NCBI GenBank assembly: GCA_002269645.1 | Contig: NIVC01000245.1 | Span: 693,989-757,988 of the forward strand | DNA from: Macrostomum lignano | Lineage: Eukaryota | Direction of reading: 5' to 3' | Length of the DNA: 64,000 bases | Shown: positions 36,359-54,181 of the stretch, in pieces | Layout: every line of letters begins with the position of its first letter | How positions within the stretch are numbered: the stretch's first letter is position 1 | Position numbers and translations under genes: made by a program | The notes under the pieces: model-generated | The model's input: the letters and a program-made list of their open reading frames with translations, nothing else | What the model was told of the DNA's origin: nothing | The model's database searches: none

Positions 36359-38250
36359 CTGGCTACTCTACTTGTTAGTAGTAGTGCAAACATTTACGCC
36401 GGGAAATATGAGTATCGAGAGAGCAAGAATTAATTGCTCATCGGTGAATTATCAGAGCCGATCTTGTATGTTGTATCTGCTCAGAAGTCAGCAGAATGGG
36501 CAGAGTTGCCGTCAGTCAGCGCTTATTCTTTATTCTCACATAGAATTAATCTAAGAACACCCAGTTACTCCAGCTGCATCTTTGACTATTTAACTGTCGA
36601 CCCGCTGGGCCTGAGGCTGTGCGGTCAGACGGTTCCGAGACCTCTGACTGTACCAGGTGGCCGATTCCAACTGAGCTTTCGAGCCTTATTCAAAAATGGC
36701 AATGGTGCTGAACGTCCGGTATGAAATGGGAATCCTTTTTTTAGTTTTCTATACGATACTACTATGAGTATTTTAATTGAAAAAAACCGTAAAATCTAAA
36801 AATAAAGAATTTTGTGATTTTACTTTAAGCGCCAATGACTGTAAAAATGTTATTATAATATCAGTGTTAAAGACTACTAGTTCTAATACTCAAGGACAAC
36901 TAATTAAAATGTTCAAGGACTACTACATGTAATTTAAATGGTCAGGCACTACTAATTTTTAACTCACAGCCTCCGACATCAAAGTCACCATTGCCAACGC
37001 AGCACCCAAGCACCTGCGGCATTTCGGCTGTAGGCGATTATCTGTTTCTTAGAAAACCAATATTTAAAAAAGTGCCAAAAGCAAACAGCGCCGACAATAC
37101 AATTGTGGGCGGGCAGCCGTCCGGCCGGAACAGATGGCCTTGGATGGTCAGCCTGAAGTACCTGGGCTCAGAGCGGTGCGGCGCCACCCTCATCACTGAC
37201 CGGCACGTCCGGCACTGCCGGTCACTGCTTCAAGGATTTGTGAGCTGCACATTACGTCTAAGAATTTCTTTGATACTAATCCGCCCTCTCCCTCACCGAA
37301 AATCCGCCCTCTCCCTTACCGAAAATCCGCCCTCTCCCTCACCGAAAATCCGCTCTCTCCCTCACCGAAAATCCGCTCTCTCCCTCACCGAAAATCCGCT
37401 CTCTCCCTCACCGAAAATCCGCTCTCTCCCTCACCGAAATCCACCCCTCCTTCACCGAAAATCCGCTCTCTCCCTCACCGAAAATCCGCTCTCTTCTGTT
37501 CACTAATTCGCCCTCTCCTGTTCACTAATCCGCCCTCTCCTGTTTACTAATCCGCTCTCTCCTGTTCACTAATTTGCCCTCTCCTGTTCACTAATCCGCC
37601 CTCTCCTGTTTACTAATCCGCTCTCTCCTGTTTACTAATCCGCTCTCTCCTGTTCACTAATCCGCTCTCTCCTGTTCACTAATCCGCTCTCTCCTATTTA
37701 CTAATCCGCTCTCTCCTGTTTACTAATCCGCTCTCTCCTGTTTACTAATCCGCTCTCTCCTGTTCACTAATCCGCCCTCTCCTGTTTACTAATCCGCTCT
37801 CTCCTGTTTACTAATCCGCTCTCTCCTGTTCACTAATCCGCTCTCTCCTGTTTACTAATCCGCTCTCTACTCCAATCCGCTCTCTACTCCAATCCGCTCT
37901 CTACTCCAATCCGCTCTCTACTCCAATCCGCTCTCTACTCCAATCCGCTCTCTATTCCAATCCGCTCTCTACTCCAATCCGCTCTCTATTCCAATCCGCT
38001 CTCTACTCCAATCCGCTCTCTACTCCAATCCGCTCTCTACTCCAATCCGCTCTTTACTCCAATCCGCTCTCTACTCCAATCAAGTTTCTTCTATCTATAA
38101 TCTTTTTAAGGCATTTTATCTAGGCAAACAAAATCGCGCCAACTTAAATCTTGAAATCCAATTTCAGCCGCCAAAGTTTTCGGAGTCTACGCCAGAGCTG
38201 ACGGAGAGATCAAACGCTGGATTGAATTGGTGACTGGGCGTCCCCTGTGA
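36359..38250 (+). pseudogene. CUB-like plus trypsin-family serine protease, copy 1 (incomplete or disrupted)
   Basis: CIFDYLTV...RLCGQ (CUB-like); IVGG...WPWMVSL...CGATLI with an indel at the TAxHC motif; last exon 38168-38250 reads GVYARADGEIKRWI. No exons for the catalytic Asp or Ser are visible. Confidence 0.7.
37262..38080. repeat. Compound minisatellite (23-, 22- and 17-bp units sharing AATCCGCTCTCT)
   Basis: Three successive tandem arrays with a common core. Confidence 0.93.
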
Positions 38251-38539
38251 ACTCGCTGAATAATATTAGCCATGCTCTTACTGTGCTACTAGTCAGTAAG
38301 CTATTGAAAAAAATCAAATAAAGTTTTGATTGTTCCTGAGATAAACAATAGCTCTATTAATTGTTAATGATTTATTTTTTCATATGTTCCAATTCTTTTC
38401 CCTATTTTTCATCTGTAATAGCAAGAAAATGATATTTTAAAGCATTAAAGTACATTTGATTTTATGAGCTGAAGTACTGTAAAAATAAAATATACAAATT
38501 TAGCTTCATTCCTGTCATTCTCTTTTTGTTGCTCTCTTG

Positions 38540-39600
38540 ACTCTCTCACACTTTTCCTGTCACTCTCTTCCCGGTCCTCTTTTCCCGTCACCGTCCTTAT
38601 CGTCACTCTCTTTCCGTCACTCTCTTCCCGTCACTCTCTTCCCGGTCCTCTTTTCCCGTCACCGTCCTTGTCGTCACTCCCTTTCCGTCACTCTCTTCCC
38701 GTCACTCTTTTCCCGTCACTCTCTTCCCGTCACTCTTTTCCCGTCGCACTCTTTCCGTCACACTCTTCCCGTGCCTCTCTTCCCGTCACCGTCCTTATCG
38801 TCACTCTCTTTCCGTCACTCTCTTCCCGTCACTCTCTTCCCGGTCCTCTTTTCCCGTCACCGTCCTTGTCGTCACTCCCTTTCCGTCACTCTCTTCCCGT
38901 CACTCTTTTCCCGTCACTCTCTTCCCGTCACTCTTTTCCCGTCGCACTCTTTCCGTCACACTCTTCCCGTGCCTCTCTTCCCGTCACTCTCTTCCCGTCA
39001 CTCTCTTCCCGTCACTCTCTTCCCGTCACTCTCTTCCCGTCACTCTCTTCCCGTCACTCTCTTCCTGTCACTCTCTTCCCGTCACTCTCTTCCCGTCACT
39101 CTCTTCCCGTCACTCTCTTCCCGTCACTCTCTTCCCGTCACTCTCTTCCCGGTCCTCTTTTCCCGTCACCGTCCTTGTCGTCACTCTCTTCCCGTCACTC
39201 TCTTCCTGTCACTCTCTTCCCGTCACTCTCTTCCCGTCACTCTCTTCCCGTCACTCTCTTCCCGTCACTCTCTTCCCGTCACTCTCTTCCCGGTCCTCTT
39301 TTCCCGTCACCGTCCTTGTCGTCACTCTCTTCCCGTCACTCTCTTCCCTTCACTCTTTTCCCGTCACTCTCTTCCCGTCACTCTTTACCCATCACTCTCT
39401 TCCCGTCACTCTCTTCCCGTCACACTCTTCCCGTCACTCTCTTCCCGTCACTCTCTTCCCTTCACACTCTTTCCTTCACACTCTTCCCGTCACTTTACCT
39501 GTCACTATCTTCCTGGCACTCTCTTCCTTTCACGCATTACCTGTCACTCTCATTCACTCTCATCCTGTCCCTCTCACTCTCTCCAGCTGTCATCCTGCCT
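38540..39600. repeat. 14-bp pyrimidine-rich minisatellite (TTCCCGTCACTCTC)n
   Basis: Direct tandem units; accounts for the repetitive ORFs at 38537 and 38668. Confidence 0.95.
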
Positions 39601-40617
39601 CTGAAAATTGGAGCCCTCAGGTTCGGGCAGGAACAGGGCCAATATTTGATCATTTTTCATTAGCAGCTCGGCTTGAATAATTTTACCCTTGCGAGTCAAC
39701 TGAAGGCGTCGCACAAACGAATGCACTTTGCTCAAGTAGCTGCAGTCGGTTCTCATATGGTTGAAGTACTTGAACAAGCAGTTGGATTGGAAGTCTCTAC
39801 CATAGACAGCCGTGAGGAACTGGTCCGGCTGGTTGGGCGCCGGCAGTAAGTACGGGCCGAACGGACGAACTCGCAAAGGATAAACGTAGTCAATGGGAAA
39901 CTTCCGCGGAGCTTCCTGTCTGTCATAAACGCGTCCTTTCACTCTGCCGAAAAAGAAGTCCACAATTGTTTTGCACTGTTTTCTCGCGCTGAGATTTTGG
40001 CCAACTAATCCGCATAGGATGCCCAACTGCCAATGCTGGTTTGTCAGTTCGGTGTCTATGAAGTTGAACTGCTCCGATTTGGACAGATTTACCAAGAATT
40101 GACGAACTAATGGCTTCTGATTATACTGAATCATAAAATCGATGTCGGCGTCCCAGGGGATGAAGCCGAGGTGTCGCCAGGATCCCAGCAAGCTGCCGCC
40201 AGCTAGAAACAGTTCGAGGCCCATCTGGCTGAAGTTCGAGTGCAACTGATGCACAATGCGATAGATATGACTCTGCTCATCGGTGCTCAACAGACTCAAC
40301 CGGTGTAGTTCCATGGCTGTAGGATTTTTCACTGCATCACTGCCGATTAGTTTTTGCAGACAGGCCGCACCGACTGACTTCGGTTTGCTCAGCCTAACAT
40401 AGATCGGCGCTGACAGATGGAGAACAGAGTCTTCTATACGAAATTTCAATAGCAAATCACTGAGACACAATGCGCTCGAGGCCAAAACGCTATGGGAGTC
40501 TTGAGATTGTGTCCTTGAGCTGCTTCTCAGAGTGAAAACTATCGAGAAGGCAAAACAGACGGCAGCCAATAAGAAATACGAATTAGCCCGACGTCTGTTT
40601 GGCAGTTTACTCAGCAT
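39574..40617 (-). CDS. LicD/fukutin-family nucleotidyltransferase-fold protein, type II membrane, intronless (347 aa)
   Basis: N-terminal TM (YFLLAAVCFAFSIVFTL) and LAGGSLLGSWRHLGFIPWDADIDF, matching the LicD GTLLG-x-RH-x-GFIPWDxDxD signature. Confidence 0.85.
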   Translation of the reverse strand: MLSKLPNRRRANSYFLLAAVCFAFSIVFTLRSSSRTQSQDSHSVLASSALCLSDLLLKFRIEDSVLHLSAPIYVRLSKPKSVGAACLQKLIGSDAVKNPTAMELHRLSLLSTDEQSHIYRIVHQLHSNFSQMGLELFLAGGSLLGSWRHLGFIPWDADIDFMIQYNQKPLVRQFLVNLSKSEQFNFIDTELTNQHWQLGILCGLVGQNLSARKQCKTIVDFFFGRVKGRVYDRQEAPRKFPIDYVYPLRVRPFGPYLLPAPNQPDQFLTAVYGRDFQSNCLFKYFNHMRTDCSYLSKVHSFVRRLQLTRKGKIIQAELLMKNDQILALFLPEPEGSNFQRQDDSWRE

Positions 40618-41004
40618 TCTGCGGTTTCTTGCAAATCTACTTTGGTGTCATTTTTTAATCAATCCACTCGCAAATGTTTCTGGCATCGCAATGTCACTAA
40701 TAGTCTTACAGTGAAAATGACAAAGGGAAGGCCTTTTCAGGGCGCAGTCACTTCCATGGTCTTTCCAGACAGTTGCTGTTTTGATGCGGTTGACGGGATC
40801 TGCTCGAGCAATGGGAAAAATGTGTTGCTACAGATGTAGACTGCGTTGAGAAGGCTGCCTTGCTTCCCAATACAAAATTTGTTTTTATAGAAACAAAACA
40901 ATCGCCTTTTATCATCGTATATTCGTTTCATGGTTCATTTCTGTTTGTCTTTACCGTCTCGTGATCTAAGATTTGAAGATATTTTGTCTTGAACAAACTT
41001 AGTA

Positions 41005-41555
41005 TCTTAGTGCCTTAGAGTCTTAGTGCCTTAGTGTCTTAGTGACTTAGTATCTTATTGTCTAAGTGTCTCAGTGACTTGGTGTCTTAGTGTCTTATTG
41101 TCTCAGTGACTTAGTATCTTATTGTCTAAGTGTCTCAGTGACTTGGTGTCTTAGTGTCTTATTGTCTCAGTGACTTTATAGTATCTTAGTGTCCTAGTGC
41201 CTTAGTGTGTTATTGACTTAATGTCTTAGTGACTTTTTATCTTAGTGTCTTAGTGTCTCAATGACTTAGTGTCTTAGTGACTTTTTATCTTAGTGTCTTA
41301 ATGTTTCAATGACTTAGTGTCTTAGTATCTTACTGCATTACTGATTTAGTATCTTAGTGTCTTAGTTACTTTATGTCTTAGTGTCTTAGCCTCTTAGTGA
41401 CTTAGTGTCTTAGCCTCTTAGTGACTTAGTGTCTTAGCCTCTTAGTGACTTAGTGTCTTAGCCTCTTAGTGACTTAGTGTCTTAGCCTCTTCGTGACTTA
41501 GTGTCTTAGCCTCTTAGTGACTTATTGTCTTAGCCTTTTAGTGACTTAGTGTCTT
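41005..41555. repeat. TTAGTG-core satellite (8-bp and 24-bp periodicity)
   Basis: TTAGTGTC and TTAGTGTCTTAGCCTCTTAGTGAC units. Confidence 0.9.
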
Positions 41556-42097
41556 TAGCGTCTTATTTAGTATTTTGGCCCCGCGATGACATCAGCAGTG
41601 GTTACTATAGACTTACTATAAGACACCTAAGCAATCTGAGTCAAGCTAACTATAGACATAAAATACCTCAAGTCACTTACCGTTTTAAAGTCACTTCAGC
41701 TACATGCATTTCAGACCAAGACCAGCAAATTTTGTTGATTAAGGTGCAAAATGCACTTTATTATATCAAGCAATAAAGTAAAATTAGCATATTTTAAACC
41801 CCATTAGCTATATTTAATTCTTAAATTAAATATTACAACTTTAGAGACTAGATTTTAACAGATGTTATAACTTTGACAACAAGTCTACAAATTTTGTGCA
41901 TTAACAAGCATAGCTAAGCCAGCAACAACCGACTGTAACAGTTTTGAATTTGGCACACAGAACGCGATCTGTAGTGACGCCTTCGATCAACGGAGAGTTG
42001 CCAATTTACCCCTGCAGTGTTTACAATCAAGTTTATAATTCTGATTATCTGCAAATGTAGCTACAGCTTACTTTTAATAAGTCAACAAATCTGCGTC

Positions 42098-42915
42098 TAC
42101 TAAGTCACTAATGCACTAAGCCACTAATGCACTAAGTCACTAATGTACTAAGCCACTAATACACTAAGTTACTAATGCACTAAGCCACTAATACACTAAG
42201 TCACTAATGCACTAAGTCACTAATGCACTAAGCCACTAATGCACTAAGTCACTAATGCACTAAGTCACTAATGCACTAAGCCACTAATGTACTAAGCTAT
42301 TAATGTACTAAGTCACTAATGCACTAAGCCACTAATGCACTAAGTAACTAATGCACTAATGCACTAAGCCACTAATACACTAAGTCACTAATGCACTAAG
42401 CCACTAATACACTAAGTCACTAATGCACCAAGTAACTAATTCACTAATGCACTAAGCCACTAATACACTAAGTCACTAATGCACTAAGTCACTAATGCAC
42501 TAAGCCACTAATGCACTAAGTCACTAATGCACTAAGTCACTAATGCACAAAGTCACTAATGCACTAAGTCACTAATGCACTAAGTCACTAATGCACAAAG
42601 TCACTAATGCACTAAGTCACTAATGTACTAAGCCACTAATGTACTAAGCCACTAATGTACTTAGCCACTAATGCACTTAGCCACTAATGCACTAAGCCAC
42701 TAATGCACTAAGCCACTAATGCACTAAGCCACTAATGTACTAAGCCACTAATGTACTTAGCCACTAATGCACTAAGCCACTAATGCACTAAGCCACTAAT
42801 GTACTAAGCCACTAATGCACTAAGCCACTAATGCACTAAGCTACTAATGTACTAAGTCACTAATGCACTAAGCCACTAAAAGTCACTAATACACTAATGC
42901 ACTAAGTCACTAATG
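42098..42915. repeat. 16-bp satellite (CACTAATGCACTAAGY)n, i.e. TTAGTG core on the minus strand
   Basis: Direct tandem units, opposite in orientation to the 41005-41555 array. Confidence 0.93.
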
Positions 42916-43435
42916 AAAGAGAACACCTGAAGGCAAAAATCACTATACGATTTTCATGTCCTTAGGTAACCCGCCATTGATTTTAACATTTTCTAACAAA
43001 AAAGCTACCGCAAAGTTCCATTTAAGGTCACCATGAATGCTATCTAAGGTTAAAAAAATTGCAGCAAAAATCAGTGAAAACAGTGTCAATTATGAACCAG
43101 ACTTGTTTGCGTGGTTACCCGTTGACTACCGCATTCCTTATATGGTCTTTGGGTAGGAGCAGCTGTCAATGAGCCGGCTAATTACCGCTAGGCTTGTTCC
43201 CGTACGGATATTAGTACCTTATCAAATCCTGACGAACTCCTCAGGGAATTGATCCAATTTCCTGTTTGCCTGTCTATATTAACCCTGAGTATGAGCATTG
43301 GGATATTGCTACTGATCGAGAGTGGAGAGTGAACTTTTTAGGAATTTGAGTTCGGGACCATCCAAAGCGTGCTTTCCGTCATGATTGTGAGTTCAATTTC
43401 TGGCATGTTATCTGAGTACTACATGTAACATATTA

Positions 43436-43825
<390 letters not shown>

Positions 43826-44548
43826 TTTTGAAACTTAAGGATTAACTATACATTTTCAAGCAAAATGTAAGTGTAATCCGCAGGCAAACAAGCAAAACTT
43901 ACGGATTATCCAATGTACTTTCTACTGGAACCAGAAGCCGGTAGAAAATGTGCAGAAATTTCTGTGTTGCTTATTTTATAAGAATATAACTAAGTATAGC
44001 TTTTGTCGTGCTATGTGGAACGGCCCGTGAAGTTCTATGGTAGAAAGCGTTTGAATTCACTGGAGAAAGCAAGCCATATAGGTGCAAGTCAGCTTGTCAT
44101 GCGAGCCAATAAAGGTTCTGATTCAAACGCTTGGCCATAAAACTCTACAGGCGGTTCCGTTTTACATGCCAAATGTTCCACACAGCAAGAAAAAATTTGA
44201 GGCTAAAAAACTTTAAATGCTATTTTTATTATTAAACTACTATATGTAATTCCCAAATGAAATTTACAACTAAACTGTTTGGAATTACATCTGATACATG
44301 TAGAATATTATTGATTTTCATTTTTTCAGCCAATCTCAGTCCAGAAAAGCTTGCGTGCACTTTTTATCGGATTAATCTACCTGAATTGCATCAGCAACGA
44401 TGGACTCTCCGTCAGCGCTCGGTTCATCAATCGTCCATTAATGCGAGCAGCTACTTGTAGTAGTAATGCCAGGGCTTCAAATAATGCCGATTGCGCTGAG
44501 GTGAGTGATGCTTGTTACTTGTAAAATATATTTGACAAAGTCAGCGCA

Positions 44549-44778
44549 AGAGGCTCTTTAGCACCAGGGGCTCTTTAGCACCAGGGGCTCTTTAGCACCA
44601 GGGGCTCTTTAGCACCAGGGGCGCCAGCACCAGGGGCGCCAGCACCAGGGGCGCCAGCACCAGGGGCGCCAGCACCAGGGGCGCCAGCACCAGGGGCGCC
44701 AGCACCAGGGGCGCCAGCACCAGGGGCGCCAGCACCAGGGGCGCCAGCACCAGGGGCGCCAGCACCAGGGGCGCCAGC
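44549..44778. repeat. 15-bp GC-rich minisatellite (GCACCAGGGGCGCCA)n, intronic
   Basis: Direct tandem units. Confidence 0.95.
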
Positions 44779-44871
44779 AGTACAGCTAGCATTACTAATA
44801 TTTATTGTTAATGTTACCACTTCGTCATGCTAACGAGTAGTCAAATTGCTTAGAATTAAAAACTATTCCAG

Positions 44872-49256
<4,385 letters not shown>

Positions 49257-50094
49257 CGGAAATTGCAATCAATTGTTTGTTTTACTGATCGATGATTTCA
49301 AGCATGATTCAAGCATCGGTGTTGGGTATTGTTTAAATTAACAAAAGAAACCAATAAATAGAGTCAATTAAAACATTTATTGAGTCTGGGCGGTAAAAAA
49401 ACACCAATAACAACATTCGACTTCTGTCTATACTCAGCCACGTAGTGTATATTTGTTAAATCTAGACATTTCAAACTCGATATTTATGCTCACTAAAGCT
49501 TCTGGATTATATTTTATAAAAACACACCGAGACAACTATGAATTGACCTCTTTATTTGCTGATTAAAAAATCAAAAGGGAATCATGAATACAATTTAATA
49601 TTATACATCAAAATCGTAAGCTACTTTTAGCTCGTGGTTAAAACATTTATTGATAGAATTACAATTATCAGCAGAATTGGAATGACTGCCTACTGAATAG
49701 TAATATGACTTGGTTAGATATGAAACAGAAAAGATATTGCACTACATGAACCTACAGCAACGGCTTAACTACAGAATTTAAACAATGAAAAAAAGTGATT
49801 GATGAAACATTAGCTGAATAATATCTTACAAAATGATTAAGATACAAAACTACAGTATTGAGACTCGAATAAATTTGAAAAAATAACAGAAACAAATTAG
49901 CAAAACAATAATTACATCTCATAGTAACAGCAGAACTTGGGCCAGTAGAAATTTGCGTCGCTTTTTAAAGAAACGCAAATTACAAACTTTTAGCGCACCA
50001 ATTTAAACTGCGACTTCTTGGATAATTCTAACCAACTTTTAGAGGAAAATCTTAGTTTGAAAGGATTTTTTAAAGCATTTTAGGTGCGGTTTTT

Positions 50095-50725
50095 GGGTAG
50101 TTTATGAGCGATTGTTAGGATAGCTTATGAGCGATTATTAGGGTATTTTATGAGCGATTATTAGGGTATTTTATGAGCGATTATTAGGGTATTTTATGAG
50201 CGATTATTAGGGTATTTTATGAGCGATTATTAGGGTATTTTATGAGCGATTATTAGGGTATTTTATGAGCGATTGTTAGGAAAGTTTATGGCCGATTATT
50301 AGGATAGTTTATGAACGATTATTAGGGCAGTTTATGACCGATAATTAGGATAGTTTATGAGCAATTATGAGGGCAGTTTATGACCGATAATTAGGATAGT
50401 TTATGAGCAATTATGAGGGTACTCCATGAGCGATTATTAGGGTAGTTTATGAGCGATTATTAGGTCAGTTTGTGACCGCTTATTAGGATAGTTTATGAGA
50501 GATTATTAGGATTATGGCAGTTTATGACCAATTATTAGGATAGGCCTAGTTTATGACCGATTATTAGGGCAGTTTATGACGGATTATTAGGGCAGTTTAT
50601 GAGCGATTATGAGGTTACTCCATGAGCGATTATTAGGGTAGTTTATAACGGATTATTAGGGTAGTTATAACGGATTATTAGGGTAGTTTATGAGCGATTA
50701 TTAGTGTAGTTTATGAGCGATTATC
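50095..50725. repeat. 23-bp minisatellite containing TTAGGG (TTAGGGTATTTTATGAGCGATTA)n
   Basis: Direct tandem units between the convergent 3' ends of the protease and ARL8 genes. Confidence 0.92.
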
Positions 50726-50902
50726 AAGGTCTTCGGGCCATTTTTACATTAGGTGTTTAGAGGCTAATTCTTCTGTTACTAATTACCGGTGAAAATAGAT
50801 ATTACAAAAACGGGATAATAAAAACAACAGTGTATAACTTTTGAAGTCAGATTTGTTATAATCCTGGCCCAAATCAATTGAGTAAGAGACAGATTTGACC
50901 AT

Positions 50903-53900
50903 CTACTTCCCGGATGAGGATGCGGCTGAGCCAGTGGACTTGCTGTGCTGAATTAGCCACTGCAGGGTGATGTCTGCAATTCAGTAAAAATAATTATTTT
51001 ATGCAAAAATACTGTGGAGGTCATATACGCAAAGTGAAGATACATGTAAAGAGAGGAGATACGTAAGAGGGTAAAAAGGGGAGATAATGATGGAGGGTAA
51101 AAAGGGGGAGATATGGGAGAGGGTAAGGAGGGGGGTATGGGAGAGGGTAAAGAGGGGGAATATGAGAGAGGGTAAAGAGGGGAGATATGAGAGAGGGTAA
51201 AGAGGGGACATATGGGAGAGGGTAAAGAGGGGACATATTGGAGAGGGTAAAGAGGGGAGATATGGGAGAGGATAAAGAGGGGACATATGGGAGAGGGTAA
51301 AGAGGGGACATATGGGAGAGGGTAAAGAGGGGGGATATGAGAGAGGGTAGAGGGGGATATAGGAGAGGATAAAGAGGGGAAGTATTTGACACGGTAGAAG
51401 GGAGACATAGGAGGATAGAGCGGGAGATAGGGGAGAGGGCAAAGAGGGGAGAGTAAAGGTCATTATTTTGCTTTTAAGCTTGACAAGCAGATCCCAAGGG
51501 ATTTCAAGTCATAGATCACTATTGAGACGCAGAAGTCAATGCAAAGCCTGGTAAATCAGTCACAATAGCAAGCATACTCACCAATATTCTCCTTCTCTTT
51601 GCAGCTAATAGAATAGCAGCAGACCTCTCGATCAGTGATATTAGTCAGGCTCAATCGTTCAATTAATTCTCGTTCGTCTAGAGCGGAATCCAGGTCTCGT
51701 TTATTGCCCAACACTAGCACTGGGATGCCCTGCAGTTGCGGCTTGTCCAACAGATTATGCAGCTCATTTCTGGCCGCTTCCAACTTATCCCTATCAGCGG
51801 CGTCCACCATGTAGACAATGGCGTTGACGCCGCGGCAGTAGCGCTCCCACATGCTGCGAAAGCGAGGCTGGCCACCAATATCCCACAGCTTGATGGTGAC
51901 GCTGCCTTTGGTGATTTTGCGCATGTTGAACCCAACAGTTGGTATCATGTCCTCCGTGAATTGGCCAGACTGTGTAGCAATGGTGTAAGGAAATCGATAT
52001 TATTATCTGGCCTTGTTGGAACAACATTGAATGGTAGACACCCCCCTTTTGAATGGCCTAGGTTTTAGAGTCCTATTTTCTACAACTTCAATGGGTCAGC
52101 TTGATTGACTGATGCCAGCTTGGCATACACAAGGCCACATGTGGCCTACCAAGCCTCTCTATCTGGCAACAAAACAAGTCTAGAAATAACCAAGATATAT
52201 AACAATGATAACATAAAACAAAATAAGGCTATTTCTATAATCCTTTGCAGTTATACCACCTAGGATCAAAGTTTGTTTGAATACTTGCATATTTGACAAG
52301 CAATCTATATAACTATATATATATATATTTAATAAAAAACTATTATTTAAAGTTCATATTTATAAAAGTATCAGTAGTATTATCAGTATTGATTGACTAT
52401 AGTAGTATTATCCATAAAAATGAAGTTTTTAAAAACTCTTAAATAGCATATGAACTTTTAAAAAGAATAGGTGTGTGTAACTATTGCAACATTTGCCTTC
52501 TATATTTAGCAAAGGCAAAGTTTTAAAGTTTTGGTAAGCATAAGTTGGTAGGCCTATGCTAAAAATGGAATTCTTTCATTTTATGATCCCCATTCCTAGG
52601 CACTTTCATTATATGATCCCCATGTAAAAGATGCAGTCAAAGAATAGAAACCAGACGAAACAGTATCCATGAGTCAAAGGCACTACATTAAGGCAATTTC
52701 AACTGATGTCTATTTGAAGTGGAGTTCAACCAAAATGAGGCAATCAAACAAAGCCACGACAAGATTCTTGGCAAGAGAGAGAAGTCTCTATATTCACTTT
52801 TGTTATACGGTCATTTAAATGGAGGAAATGTATACAAAGGGATCGGATAATGAAATTTGGGCTTTTCATCTATTTTGTAATACAATCCCCCAAGTCAAAA
52901 ATTTGTTTGCAAGGGATCGCATATCAAAAATGAAATCAAGGTATTGCACTTATAGATGAAGTAAATATAGTTCATACAATATCTAATAATTCCACACCTG
53001 ACCCCCCTCCCCCTCACTTTTGTTTTGCAATCCCTTTACAGTACATACATTGTTTCACACTGTCTAAAAACACTGTTTAAAAAGAAAAGGGAGGGACGCC
53101 AAAAAATCACAACTTACTTTTGTGGAATCTCTATCAGGTAGCCTAGACAAGGGTTTAGACATGGTACACAATCCCCTGCAAACAAATTTTAAACTTGGGG
53201 CATTGTATTACAAAATTGATGAAAAGCCCAAGCTTTGTTATCCGATCCTTTTCCATACATTTTATCTATTTGAATGATCATATAACGAAAGTGAATATAG
53301 AGACATCCTTACTCTTGCCAAGAATTCTGGCTTATAATTAATTAGGGTCATCATGCTTCAAATATACTCCACTGAAATGCAAACAAGACTCCTATCTTTT
53401 ACATAGGGGATTGTATAACGAAAGTGACATGTTCTGTAAGACAAATGTAAGGGGATAGTAAAACGAAAAAAGAATGCCCTAAAAATTTACTTGAGCTTAA
53501 GGTGGTATACCAAAATGGTAGATCAAACTAGTTAAATTATTTACTAATATGCTAAACATTTTAGGTTTACCAATAACTTACCAAAGCATGGAACTATATT
53601 ATATATAAATAATAAATACAAAAGTATATATCTAATCAAATAATAACAAAAAATCAATTAAAAACAATTAAATGTAGGCCTATATTTTAAACTAGGCCAA
53701 AACTAAAATAAAAGCTGCCTTGAATAAATTATTCCTAAACAATATTTATTATAGCTTTTATATACTAGGCCTAGGGGCTTAGTCAAGGAGTTGTCTATAC
53801 TTTGGATTATGTATTAGTATATGCCAAGTTTTAGGCCAGAAAAATGATGAGACCTCATTTGTATGCCAGGTTTGTGTACCAATACAAAAAAATTTCCATT

Positions 53901-54181
53901 GACACAATATATTTAATATTACTGTCATATATGCTAGGATATACCTTTCATATATGCTAAAAATGGTAAGTACCCTTGTTTTTTGCCGGGAAATCCTGGC
54001 ATACATGTTGCCTTCCAAACAATGGGGGGGCATCAAATATAAGAAAGATTTGACTTACAGCAATAACATTCACAAATGTTGTTTTTCCTGAATTTTGCAA
54101 GCCAACAAGAGTAAGTTCCATTTCTTCTTTCCAAAACAAACTTTTAATCCAGTCTAGAATTCTCTGAACAAGTGCAAACAT
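50903..54181 (-). CDS. ARL8: ADP-ribosylation factor-like 8 small GTPase; exons 54059-54181, 51582-51969, 50903-50973
   Basis: [75 protein letters not shown]. Junctions are GT-AG and in phase. Confidence 0.97.
51050..51450. repeat. 25-bp purine-rich minisatellite (GGGAGAGGGTAAAGAGGGGACATAT)n in ARL8 intron 2
   Basis: Direct degenerate tandem units. Confidence 0.9.
52763..53326. mobile_element. Foldback/MITE-like inverted repeat in ARL8 intron 1 (arms about 160 bp)
   Basis: 52763-52920 is the imperfect reverse complement of 53168-53326. No TSD resolved. Confidence 0.65.

Noticed and set aside
38537-39663. Two ORFs of more than 330 aa
   Set aside because: Pure 14-bp pyrimidine repeat; the real gene nearby is the LicD-like ORF on the minus strand.
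39574-40617. Recent bacterial horizontal transfer of licD
   Set aside because: It has a eukaryote-type N-terminal membrane anchor and the family is native to animals; lack of introns alone is not evidence.
44575-44820. GAPGA-repeat, elastin/silk-like ORF
   Set aside because: Translation of a 15-bp intronic minisatellite on the antisense strand.
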